The position numbers and the translations under genes are program-made. The notes beneath the pieces were generated by a model. That model saw nothing but the letters and a program-made list of their open reading frames with translations. It was not told the origin of the DNA and did no database searches. DNA of 64,000 nucleotides from the NCBI RefSeq assembly GCF_006345805.1, contig NC_043011.1:18364464-18428463 (forward strand). The letters run 5' to 3'. The DNA comes from Octopus sinensis (taxonomy: Eukaryota). This document shows, one piece after another, positions 51,263 through 64,000 of the stretch (the stretch's first letter is position 1; every line of letters starts with the position of its first letter).

Positions 51263-52256
51263 GTATTGGAAGCGTGAAAAATAGCATAGGGATTTCCCCG
51301 GTTCTCCATAAACACTACCTATTGCATTTGTTAAGCACATTCATTTATTACATCAACCGTTCTTTCTACCATTCCACACACGCACAAGCGCACGTATACA
51401 CACATACACACACACACTCACATACACACAAAAACATGCGCGTACATACATACACATACAAACATCTGCTCTCTAACCGAAATCTTGTATAATCAGTATC
51501 ACTTATTAAGTAACACAGCAACCGACAAAAATTTTAAATAACGATTGATGCAATACTTCTTTTGCAGCAGAAATATTCCAGGTCACTTGTAAATATTTCA
51601 TTCTATTTAATCAGAGCCACCCGGTTCTCTTCTCTCCTATCACCATCCACATACAAATTCAGTCCTTAGATGGTTTTCCCGCTATCTGACGTGTGTCGCA
51701 TTCACACACAACCACACACGCGCACAAACACGTAAACACAAACATACACGCGCACACACAAATATATACATATGATTTAGAATAATTTTGACATATTTAT
51801 CCAGCTTTTTAAAAGCGCACATACCTTAGTCAAATTATATTAATCACTAAACGTAATTTTCGTTTTCATATATAAATGTTCATTTTATAATTAGTTCATA
51901 CATTCTGCAGATATACCAAAGAAGGAAACATTTCATGCTTTAAACATAACAATATCTGACAAGTGTCAAATAAAGCCGAGGTTCTCTTTAATCTCATGTG
52001 CAGCATTATTTTACTTCAAGGATTCTTTTGTGCTCTGTGATGACATATTCATGTTAGAATATAAAGTGTGTCGTTAGCTATAAGAAACTAAGATTTTGCA
52101 GTAATGTGCTGTGCAATTTAAATAAAATCGCCTCACATATTATAGCAAATTTTACAGCTTAGAAAATACCGTAAATTGTCTTGTCAGCATCAAAGTATAT
52201 TCAATATAATCAATGCAATATATTTTACAGCTTTGTCTCTCACTCTTTCTATGGAT

Positions 52257-52290
<34 letters not shown>

Positions 52291-52299
<9 letters not shown>

Positions 52300-52610
52300 A
52301 TTTAGGAATGGTCATTTTGCCAGTTTAGCCAATAAAAACACACGCACTATATATTTGCTGTTACTTTGCTTCAGCTTTATTCCTTTTTTACATTAATCTT
52401 AATCTTATTTCGGCCAGAGGTCTTTCGTCACACTCCTGTGACCTCATTAGTCGTCCTTTGCTTTCTTCATTCTCATTTGTGTGTCTCTCCTTACGAACGG
52501 TCAGCCATTTTGTATTTTGTATTCTTATTGTATGTGTCTTCATTTGCATACGCGTATACATCTATGTGTTTCTGTTTAGTTAGTGTGAGTGTGTGCAAAA
52601 CAAATATATA
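52291..52610. mobile_element. (TA)n-bounded element; linear relative of the 38538-38769 fold-back
   Basis: The first ~120 bp match 38538-38666. The minus strand has CTAATGA-g-gtcac/gtgac-GAAA, but stems I and III do not close. Confidence 0.6.
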
Positions 52611-52678
52611 AACGTATATATATATATATATATATTCAAAAATAAATACATACAAACATACATATATATGTATATATA

Positions 52679-52770
<92 letters not shown>

Positions 52771-52869
52771 TGTATGGATTGCTTTATTGAGTTCACATAA
52801 ATAAAGTACATCAACTATTTGAATACATAAACTTTAAGACCTAAAGTTGGCTTTAAGTTTAATTACATA

Positions 52870-53650
52870 TCTTCTTTTTTCCGACCCCAAAATGGAAGAA
52901 CAAGACACAGTTGATGAAAAGTTACGCGATTCCCGTTGCCTCATCAACCAAAATCAAAATGATTCTCAAGATGCAAACTTAATGTTTAAGACCAGATTAG
53001 CGGCCGTGGCCTTTTCGAAACGAAAAAGAAATTAGTATCCACACTCAGGCTTTGCCAGAAAGTGAGAGATAAACCAGCAAGCCAAGGGTTTAACGAGTAT
53101 CCTTGTAAGTTGACAAGGATAATTGGTTGTAGTAAACCTGTGTCGGACGCAAGGATTAAAGCTTGGTTTACAAAGACAACGTGTACAGATAATATGTGAT
53201 GGGAAAAGAGCAACTCGTGATCGAGAAGATCCGAGAGGAATGTGATATTGAAAATGATTTATTGCTAAACTAGCGCGCAAAAGCAGTTCGTGGGACCCGG
53301 GCTGCGCAGGCGGTTCTCAGAAGTTGTGCACACCACGTTCCTATCGGCTGTGAAAACCTTGGAGGTGGTGAAGAATGATGGTCATGTCATACCTAGTCAC
53401 CTTTTCTGGTAGCGAGTCAATGCGACTGCATTTATCGAGCTAAATATAAGATCGTTAAGCTCATAAACGAACAATTCGCTTGCGGTAGGCCGTACGCGCT
53501 CCAGCAAGACACTGTTCATGTCACACATCTTCAGCTATCCAGATATGAACGGCTAAAAAGTTTCATCCTTGTGTTATTTTAGCGTTTTGCCCCGTAGCAT
53601 TCCTGATTTAAGCTGGTGCATCATTGAGAGGGAAAACAAGAACGATATCA
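52870..53650 (+). mobile_element. Tc1/mariner relic (DD37D/maT-like)
   Basis: VVKNDGHVIPSHLF...RVNATAFIEL...GRPYALQQD resembles EGHVMPPHFF...RVNA.AYIEVL...GRPYVFQQD; decayed PP.SPDL; many stops. Confidence 0.7.
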
Positions 53651-54596
53651 TGGATTCTGAAATTTATTGTTTTTCGGATCATTACCGCCAACTCGATTAA
53701 GCGTTGCCTCATCTACATATTTAATCTCTTCAGAAACCGAATCGTAAAAGTATCTGTGGAGGATGGTGGTTTCATTTTATAGATATTTGCTATTTATATG
53801 CAATAATAAATGTGCCAAATTCTATGAGATTATATTTGTTATTCTAATACTTTGTTTTCTTAATTGAAGATATTCTCTCAAATAGCAAACATATTCTCTG
53901 TATGCAGAGAGAGGAAGATAGGAAATCAGACGGATATATACATATACAAACACGCAAGTCTACATATAAATACACACAAATAAATATACATACTCTTTAT
54001 GAAATGTTTATTTTTAAAATGACGAAACATCCCAGAAGCAATGTGATGTTTACATCAATATAAACAAAACAGCATTCTGGTTCATATGTACAGTATTAAG
54101 CTTAATGCAGTTATTCACGCTATTGCCATCATGATATTCATTAATATTAAACCCTTCATATTTAGTTTTAAGACTCTTATTTCCACGACATCTCAAGTAG
54201 GATATTATTTCACCTATAGTCTCACAGTATATGTATGCATGTATATATATATCATTAAACTTATAAGTTAAGGATATAATCATAAAAATGATTATGTCAG
54301 TTGCATAGCGTAAAAAACTGACCGTATCGGAACGATTAATTTTTAAGTATATAATTATAAAAAGAAAATTATTTTTAAGGGCACTGAAATGCCAGCACCT
54401 ACGCTAGAAGTAGATGTCATATATCTACAATCCACGCTCAATTTATAAACCCATGTGGAATGCGAGGTAATGAGCAACAAGATTCATGGAATTTCGGATA
54501 ATTCTATATCACAAGTTTTCATACACTGCAATAAAAATCGGTTTGCAATCCTCAGTAGAATACACCGACAAATATATCTGTGCATGTATATATATA

Positions 54597-54644
<48 letters not shown>

Positions 54645-54820
54645 AGATGTGGTATTGAAAGGTTTCCTGCTTTCGATAAAAGACAATTTATCTAATTATC
54701 ATTCATTCAGCATATTTCTTTCTCAAAGTTACATATTTATCGCAGCGTCCCTTCAGTTTTTCTAGAATATTCTGCATCTAACTAGGCATTTCAAAGTACC
54801 CTAGAGCACTCGCACACACC

Positions 54821-54899
<79 letters not shown>

Positions 54900-54903
<4 letters not shown>

Positions 54904-55500
54904 ACAGAGAAGTAAAAGGGAGAAAGAGAATTTTGGTGCTGCAGGAGGGGCTTGGTGTTGGTGTGCAGGGTGTTGAGGCTGCTAGTATGAACGGAGATGC
55001 GAGGGTCACTTCAGGAAGAACTGTCAGTGGATTTCTGTAGAGTACTGGGAGATAAGAAGAGGATTTGAAGAAAGCTGTTAGGTTGTCGGTGGAGGGGATT
55101 TACAAATGTATGTAGAAAATCATGAGAAAATAGATGGACAGCGTGGGATTTCAGTTGGTAGAGAATTTAGCAGTTGTTCGTACTGGATGGTTTATTTTCG
55201 AGGAAGGATTCCTATAATAAGATGGGGTGGTGATGTTGAGGAAGTGGATAGAGGAAATGAACGGGTAGATAGCTATAATGATAAGGCAGCGGTGTGGAAG
55301 AATGTCGTTTTGTCTGAAAAGGGATGGTAGAAAATGAGTAATGAATAAAATGTTTGAAGGTGAGATAGTTGTAAGGAAGTAGGAGGTACTGAATAAGAAG
55401 AATGTACAGATAGTCATAAGAAGGAATAATTTAGTACAAAATGCTGTATTAGTGGATGGGGTAAGTTCCTAGTGCGATTTGGCTGTAAGTTAATAGTGAT
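54900..55500 (-). mobile_element. Possible decayed PLE reverse-transcriptase fragment
   Basis: Strong strand asymmetry. YPFISSIHFLNIT resembles the F.....S.PFLD.T motif of late PLE RT; otherwise heavily broken. Confidence 0.3.
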
Positions 55501-55700
55501 TAGGGATGCTCGTAGTTAGAGGCTACATAAATTTAACAAATTGCCCAAACGATGAGTAGAACCTATATTTTCAAGAATGTAATGTATGCGGTAATCTGAT
55601 ACGCAATGAGAGGTTTGGGTTGTGAAGGTTAAATGAGCGATCATGTGAGCTCTGTTTCCTATATCGAGAAACACTTGATACCATGAGTCAACTATGTATA

Positions 55701-56102
55701 CTCTGTTTTTGCTTGTTTCAGTCATTTGACTGCGGCCATGCTGGAGCACCACCTTTAGTCGAGCAAATCGACCCCGGGACTTATTCTTTGTAAGCCCAGT
55801 ACTTATTCTATCGGTCTCTTTTGCCGAACCGCTAAGTAACGGGGACGTTAAGACACCAGCATCGGCTGTCAAGCAATGCTAGGGGGACAAACACAGACAC
55901 ACAAACACAAAGACAGACATATATATTCATACATATATACGACAGGCTTCTTTCAGTCTCCGTGTACCAAATCCACTCACAAGGCATTGGTCAGCCCGGG
56001 GCTATAGCAGAAGACACTTGCCCAAGATGCCAAGCAGTGGGACTGAACCCGGAACCATGCGGTTGGCTAGCAAGCTACTTACCACACAGCCACTCCTGCG
56101 CC
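55701..56102 (-). mobile_element. SINE family A, complete
   Basis: Reverse complement of 5071-5470. Confidence 0.88.
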
Positions 56103-57038
56103 TATGTATATATATATATGTATATATAAACTGGTAATACAGCAACTATGTGCTTTTTACCAGACTCTCCGTTTCTTACGGATTTTTCCTGCTCTGTGAA
56201 TTTTTATCCCGTAACCGTTTTCCTCTTTAATTGCCATCTTAACCTTCACCGACGACAAAATCATATCTTCACTGTGTATGACCATTTTACTAGTTCTTTT
56301 CTTTGTTTGTTTCCCAAGTGGGTATTCGGTACCGGTTTTCCTATGCGTACATTAATATATACATACATAAATATATACTTATACATATATATATATAAGG
56401 AAATACGATAACATATATGTATATCCATATATATGTATGTATATATATATATATATATAATATATATATATATATATGTGTATGTATATATACACACATG
56501 TATCGTGAAGTATATTTGCCACATAAACGTGGCCAACCCTTAAGGGTGGATACTACTGTAGCTCGTAGCTTCATTGTTAATATATGCGAACATGTTTACA
56601 ATTTTAGCTTTCAAAGATTTACATTGAATATATATAACATCATCCTGATGCCTTCTAAGAATTTACCACCATATCCTGAAATATTATACCTTGATGCCAA
56701 AGATTTTATTATTTTATTTTCAGAATAATAAGTCGTTTTTTCATTTGTTGTACAGCTTCATTTGCCAGCTGAAATTTCCTCGTATGAATTTACAGAAAAC
56801 AACTGTAAAAACATTAGTAAATATATCAGCGTATGAAGCAAATTGAATTTAAAGATAAAATATCTGTGAAAGATAAGGCTTCTTTTAAAATTCGATATCG
56901 CGATCTGGGAAAAATGAAAATAACTTAAATAACCTAATGAAAAAATAGTAAATGCAAAGAAGCTTTTATGAGCTTGCTATAAAGAAAACATGTACAGTTT
57001 ATAATATAAAATCATTAAAACACGTATAGCATTAATAC

Positions 57039-57240
57039 CTAGCGCCTGAAAATCTTCAGATGTGTCATAATCCTCAGATATTTCAAATGCTTCTTCGTCT
57101 TTATGCAGGGGAGTTGACAAAATGTTATCTTCTTATATAGAGTTCCGAGATTGTTCTTTTCTTTGCAATTTAGGAAAGATAAATTCATCTTCAGATAATA
57201 TGGCTCCTTCTTTCTTGCCGATGTAAATGTAGACAGAAGC
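57039..57240 (-). other. Candidate exon of an unidentified transcript
   Basis: Acceptor cctttctctcttgcAG|G and donor AG|GTatta. One frame is open for 66 codons up to a TAG at the donor. An acidic alternative frame has one internal TAA. No recognisable homology. Confidence 0.25.
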
Positions 57241-57789
57241 CTGCAAGAGAGAAAGGAATTGCATTAAACAGTAAACTTCTGAATAGAAGCTAGATATGAA
57301 ATATAATTCATTCCATTTACGTTAGATACCTAAGTCCATTTGCGTTTGTAATTTACAAATGTAAATTTATATTCTCTATACATTGCGTACACACTGATAA
57401 ATACATACACTCACACACAAACACATACATATATATGCATATAAAACTCTATCTTCATTCTTCTACAAAAACAGACACATATACATATATGCACGCAACT
57501 CAAATATTCATTTATATATATACTCACATACAAATTCATATTTTTGCGTACGTTTTGTACAGAAACAAAACTGAGTTGCAGGCAATTCTTTGTATTAATA
57601 AATTCAAAATTTAATTCAGTTGATAGAAAAAAATTCTGAATTCATCTCCGAAAATATATAGTGATGACACTGAATATAAACTCTATCATGTGTAAATATT
57701 GCTATGAAATTTCTTGGATAACCAATATCATATTATCCTTACATTACCTACAACTAAAAATATTGACAGGTTCGCATTTGAAAATTGTT

Positions 57790-58490
57790 CGGCACTAAAA
57801 ATAACGAGGGATATATAATTCCACTCTTACTTCAGAGGCGGGTTGTTCTACCTTATATTTTTCACGTTGGCCGAAATATTCTGCATCTAATTTATCCATT
57901 TTTATTCTTAAAATTAATTTCTAAGCTCTTTCAATCTAGCCATAAGTTCTGTAGTATATTTAACAGAACACTGGAGGTTAGCTATTCTTGTTGCAATAAC
58001 TTCGCCTCTGTTATGAGCTAGCATAACACAAAATTTATTACAGACAACTAGTTTGCGGAACTCCAACTGTAAAGATGAGACTAGCTGTCAGTTGGAAGGA
58101 AAATGTATTCAAAAAGGTATTATAGAGCCAAAGTGCATGTAGATGGCTTGCAAGAATATAAAACATGTACAGTGACTTCGGAATAATCATTCAAGACTCG
58201 ATTCTATTCCCACCGAAATCTTTTCTGATACCCCGAGAACAGAACAGCGATTAGTCTTGCGAAGCATGTCTCTCAACCGAAACATAATGACACCCGTCCT
58301 TTCAATGTATCCTGGAAAATTATAGAAAGAGCTTCAGCATACAGACATGGAGCTTGTAGAAGACCTATGACATGTAATGATTGCCTCTAAAAACACTTCT
58401 TCATCCTGTTCCAAGAGAACGAAGAGACGTGAACTCTTAAATTCCTGTAGGCACGACGGAACGTTTAAAACATCAACCGACAAAATACCA
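57790..58490 (+). mobile_element. Penelope/Poseidon-type PLE relic (linker plus GIY-YIG)
   Basis: SSHKFCSIFNRTLEVSYSCCNNF...CQLEGKCIQK..YRAKVHV...SFKTRFYSHRN...SLAKHV...FNVSWKIIERASAY...RRELLNSCRH. Stops and frameshifts present. Confidence 0.75.
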
Positions 58491-58870
58491 TAAGGTAAAA
58501 TGTTTTGACTTTCGAAATATATATTCTTTTTTACTGTCCCAAATGAATTTGACTATACACGGCATAGCTATTGCAATACCAGTGTTTACTCCGACACTGC
58601 ACCACCATTGCAATGCTGTACACGGTGTTGCATTGCAGCACCAGTGTTTATTTCGACTTCAATTTTTAGAAAGCTTTCGACAGTTTTGCAAATCGAAGGT
58701 TAGGCTTCACCGAGGTTTATTTTTATTGTTTACTCACGTATATAATTATGTTTTCTTCCTCCCCCGCCATACATAATATATTCTGATTTTCGTCTTTCTC
58801 TTCTTTCGTCTGTAACAAGCAATTTATAAGCATACGGCAGGAGAATTTGCGTGCGTGCGTGTGTGTGTCC

Positions 58871-58928
<58 letters not shown>

Positions 58929-59261
58929 TATGATTTATGTCTTGCCTATATATGTCTGCATATGTATATATGCAGACATATATACTTTTAATGTATTAAT
59001 TGAATTATATCTTACAGATAATTATTTACCCTGGGTATTTACGCTATGTCCTTCTGTTTTAGCTATTTTTGATTTGAGTTTTTTTTTCGATTTTATATTC
59101 AGATGATTTTATACCGAAATGTGTTCATTGCATGCAACCGTTCTTTGTAAAGACCATTAATTGAAAGGGCCAATGAAACTAAAACAGTTTCAAATTTGTA
59201 TCTATTAAACTACTTGTATATATTTGCTTATAAACCTATTTTTGTTCCATTCTAAACATAC

Positions 59262-59293
59262 TGTCTGACGAACAGGAACGTGAAACTGTAACA
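59262..59293 (+). ncRNA. Very small type I hammerhead-like motif
   Basis: tgt-CTGACGA-ac-aggaac-gt-GAA-actgt-A-aca. Core is intact but stems are only 2-3 bp. Confidence 0.4.
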
Positions 59294-59813
59294 CTTTTTT
59301 TGATATTTTTGCTGCTTTTTAATACAGTATATTACTCTACCTCTGGTATTCGAGCACTATTTTGCCCACCTTCTTTCGCATGTATGTGCTTACTCTGATA
59401 TATATAACAGATATTGCCCTCTGTTCTCTCAGCCTTAGATATATAATGGATTTGATAAACTACTCTATACATTGAAACTGTCCCCATAAAAACAAAACAA
59501 TCAGTGACAGGCAGAGTCTGTAACAATGTATATCTTCTTGAAAATTCAGTAACTTCTAAACTGGAATGAGACAGCATGTTCTTTATCTAACTAAGTAACT
59601 TCTTGGAGATTCAGGTATAATTATGCTAATATATCCATCTGTTCTATTTTAATTAAATCTATGTCTTTCTGCAGCTGATGATTGCTCTGCATTACAATTT
59701 GATGTAATGATCGCAGTGATCAATTAAACGGAGTTGCATGAAACGACCGTACTGCATTAACTCTGGAGATCATTGTTGCTTATTTTGATATATATACACA
59801 CAAACACACACAG

Positions 59814-59864
<51 letters not shown>

Positions 59865-60089
59865 AAATCGTCTTCTTTTTCATAATGAATAACTTTACAT
59901 TATTCCTATTTAACATTTCTATAACAAAAAATAATAAATCTATTTTCTGTAGTCAAAAACTGATTTCCTTATAACAGAAACATTTTATACGAATTATTAA
60001 TGAACTACTTTGCAACACCTAAAAATAAACATATTTTAGGGCAATAATTGCTTGTCTTAAATAAATACATTGAGTCATAGACTCTTTAG

Positions 60090-60228
<139 letters not shown>

Positions 60229-62499
60229 TATTTTGTATCCTTTATATATAAGGGTGAGAAGATAAACAAAGCAAGGCGTGAAAGTTTTTACGTACTTTTT
60301 AATATTTAAAACAGTTCGTTTCGGAACTATGTGATTAAAATTTTCGGAGGCTTTTTACAGATAGGTCATTCAAACTCAGATTACAGAATCGAGGAGCATT
60401 GGAGATCCAAGATAGCCGCTAATCGTGCGCTGCTATTTGTCAAATTTTATCACATTTGTTGTTAGAGTAAGGTCTACGATTTAGCGACAGCAATTCCGTT
60501 AAAAATGCGACAGTATGCCTGGGCAGGAACCTGGTGGCGTCAGAGGCTGGCGAAATTAAGATCCTCTGTGTGTGTTTGTGTGTATATGTGTTTGTTTGTG
60601 CGTATATGTATGTGTGTTTGTGCGTGTATGCGCGCTTAAATATGTACATTCTTGCGTTTGTGTGAAAATGTATAAATGCGTGCGTGTATACGTATGTCTG
60701 GACAATCATATTTCGGAGGGTGTTTCTGTGTGTGTCTGTGTGTATACATGTGCATGTGTGTGTGCACTTGTGTCCGTGCGTATTAGTATGTATGTAGATA
60801 TTTATGTCTTTGTATAAACGTACGGTTTCTTGTGTATTTGCGTGCATGTGCTTTTGTATGAGTAATATTATTTACGACTGACTAATGATGTGTGTTTCTA
60901 CAGCATATTCAAAGTCAATGCATTTAGACGGTGATAATAAATGTCTGCATTATCTATCGTACCATTTCAAGACGTCATTATAGGCGATACACTTCGTATT
61001 ACGGCAAACACAGAAGATATCAACTTTTCATGCGCAATCTTGTTTGAATAATGAGAACTCTTTTGTCATTGGATACTATACTATGTAGTTATCATTTGAT
61101 ATAACTATAGATAAATTATGTTTCATCACCAATGATGATTTTACCAATAAAACGTTCAGGAACATGTCTGCTCTTCAGTGATGAGCAGACGGTAACACTT
61201 TGATGACATCGGGATGTACTTTGATAGTGATAGATACCAAGTTTAGCTTAAACACTTTGCTTTTAATTCATGAATGTTTTATAATAAAATTGTAACTTGC
61301 AATGAACGTTCATACTTATTCTAATGGAGTTTGTTTGCATTTCCCAACAAGTACGGCTTTCAGATACCAATTTGGACAGAACGTGTTTATCAAGACCAAG
61401 ATGAACCTGCGAGATACATTTTTCGCGAGCGATGCCCGCCAACCTATTGTTGATATGACCAGATATATGAAGCTTCATTTCCAGGGAGATAAGGAATATT
61501 TCTGGCCGCTTTCATTGCTCAAGATTCAGCTATGTATTCATTTATGGCAAATTATTTATTCAATATTGAATATATTTCCTATACATTTACATACTCAATA
61601 TTCATAAGTGCGTAAATATGCTTAAATATTGGTATACGATTATGTAGCTAATATATGTATGTGTTTTAATAAAATAAAAAAGGTACATCATTTGATTGCT
61701 TTGTTTACTTCAATATTTCTCACATCGTGAACACATTATGCTGTCTCTTAAGAATCAAATCCCGACTGAACCTTGGAGAATAAAGAAACATTTTATAGAA
61801 TTTGAGCTGCAATTTAAGAATTAAAATATATTATTCGTATAAGCTACTGAAAAAACGCAGTAGAATGTATAATCTTAATCTGAATTATCAACTCTAAAAA
61901 ATCCTCCTTCATTCGCACCTAGGAAGAACTTATGATGATACACATTGAACAGTATTTGTTTCTGTTTTGATTTTACCTCTTATATCTTTTTTCTTACCTT
62001 CTATTCCTTTCTCAATATCATCCGTTATGATTTCTATAATTATCCCTGCAATCTACCCTTTTTCTCTTAAGCAAATACTATAGCTGCATATGTAGTAACC
62101 ACCATGCAGTTCTATACAGGTCTAGAAAAAATACAATGTTTATTGAATCTTAAAGAAGCATGCAATTTCTCTTCAATTATTTGACAATAGTGAGCTTAAA
62201 ATGAAATACTTTATTATACGTATTGCTTGCATCATGTTTGCGAATGTTTGACTAAGTTATGTAGCTTCATTTAACGATAAATTCTGTTTGACAGACTTGG
62301 TGCTATTGTCAGATATTAAAAAGTAATTATTATACAGAAATAAATATATGCATATATAATTGCATCTACAGGTGAACATAATCACATGTGAGCACTGAAT
62401 CGGACTCGAGCCGTCAGCTCTTTTTTATTACGTAAATACAGCTAAAAGAGCCCACGCCATTAACATCTACGCGATTTTTCTATGATTGTGTACTAAGCT

Positions 62500-62745
62500 G
62501 TTTAATTATCTAAGAATCTACATCACCCTCGTCATCATTGTAACTGCCGCAATCGTCTTTACCATCATCATCATTTTCATTGTCATCTTTATTATCGACA
62601 TTATTTTAATCAACCTAATCATCGTTGATGTTATTATTATTATTGCCATCAATTTTACTAGCAATATTAACCTCACCACCAGCATCACCACCATCGTCAT
62701 TGTTATCATCTTCACCACTATCATCAACAGCAGCAACAGCGGAAG
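62500..62745. repeat. Degenerate (ATC/ATT/ACC)n trinucleotide low-complexity tract
   Basis: Direct inspection; explains the Ile/Met-rich ORFs. Confidence 0.8.
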
Positions 62746-63229
62746 CAACTACATTTCAATCATACGATTACCATTGATGGTGAAGCAATTCTGTTATCAT
62801 TTTCCTCTTTATTCGCCTATCAATGACAGATATGGATTATCCGAGATAAATGACTCTCCACCACATGACGTCCTCACTTCCACGTAGACAATGTACATCA
62901 TTATTATGTCCATCACAGTAATCATAGCAACAAAAATATCTATCACTAAATTCATTATTATTTATCCCGCAGATCTTAGCTAGCAATTATTTTTACTCGT
63001 TTATGCACATTTATTTTGCTACTGAAAACTTTGAAGTACCATGCGTTATCCGGTAATGAGATACCCAGCTGATGTTTGAAGTTTAGTTCTAGAAATACAG
63101 TTATGCTTCAGATGCAAACCGATCATTCTAGTTACGTCAAATGAAATGCGATTAAGTCATTCCCACTTCGAGAATAGTATAACATACTCTGATGCGTTTT
63201 CTGTTATTTCGTCTCAGTATTTGTCTTTG

Positions 63230-63395
63230 TTAACGCGGCAACCTGGCATTACCTTACTGCACGAGGTAAAATGCTTAGCGGAATTTGATTTGTCTTTACG
63301 TCGTCAGCTCAAAATTCACTGGAGTCGACTTTGCCGTTAACCATTTCGCGGTCGATGAAATTAATAAAATTTGAACACTCGGGTCGATGTAATAG
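63230..63395 (+). mobile_element. Old, degenerate SINE family B copy
   Basis: aaaatgcttagcgg...gagtcgactttgcc...gggtcgatgtaat. Confidence 0.55.
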
Positions 63396-64000
63396 GTGTA
63401 AAACCTCTCGGCTGGCCCTGTACCAAAATTTAAGACCGATATTTTTCTTAGTTAAGTACTTTTAATTGTTTGGTTGTGAAGCGGTATAGGTATATATTGA
63501 AATTCAATCATGAAAAGTGAATAAATTCAATTATTTACTTCGTATTGCTCTTCATATTTGTGCAGAAATAAAGAGTGGATGCCTTCGAAAAACACAATGA
63601 TTGCTCATCCGTTATAATTACTTGGAAGTTACTTTCTAAACCATGTTGAAATTACTTTCAGATATCTGTAAATTTACAAATTTACTCACATGCATGGACT
63701 CAGTTTATTCCTCAAGATGGCTATCGCATCGAATACTATCATGATTATTAATATCATGATAATGGTTCCCTTAATCATTCCTGCCGCGCAGTTCAATACT
63801 TGTTAATTCATAATTCTTCAACCATCTTGATTCGATATTTTAAAAAAAATCGATATCCCATTAACATTTAAGACGCTTTTCCTCTTGATTATTATATGTG
63901 CTTAGTTTATGCTGATCTCTTTAATAGTCACGGCAGGTGTACCCTAATTAATTTCACCTGATTATTGTCACGTAGCGTGTTTGGTAGAGGTTTATAAGCA

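Noticed and set aside
52400-52470. CTAATGA...GAAA as a functional hammerhead
   Set aside because: G5 is substituted and stems I and III cannot be closed; kept only as a relic.
61263-61607. Overlapping ORFs on both strands in a less AT-rich patch
   Set aside because: Could be an exon, but strand, frame and boundaries are ambiguous and no family was recognised.

Overview
AT-rich, repeat-dominated eukaryotic DNA, very probably a coleoid cephalopod (Octopus-like). This rests on the many (TA)n, (TG)n and (AGAT)n tracts and on tRNA-derived SINE families I recall from octopus; no search was run. No host gene can be identified with confidence, and most ORFs in the supplied track are microsatellite artefacts. 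Recognisable content: a full-length, nearly intact RTE-clade LINE (22.6-26.4 kb, minus); several Penelope-like element (PLE) remnants, one with an open 260-aa thumb/Zn-linker/GIY-YIG frame; relics of piggyBac, three Tc1/mariner elements and probably a Helitron helicase; a MITE; and about 15 SINE copies from four families. The main unexplained signal is a 5.55-kb array at 10.6-16.2 kb. It has one inverted copy plus about 10.7 direct copies of a ~480-bp unit, and each unit folds by eye into a type I hammerhead ribozyme with a palindromic stem III. The array sits inside the internal (TA)n tract of a SINE. At least eight further hammerhead or hammerhead-like motifs, some with variant cores, occur in small (TA)n-bounded and often fold-back elements. 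One is a 142-bp ribozyme cassette present in only one arm of an inverted duplication. All ribozyme calls are hand-folded and untested.
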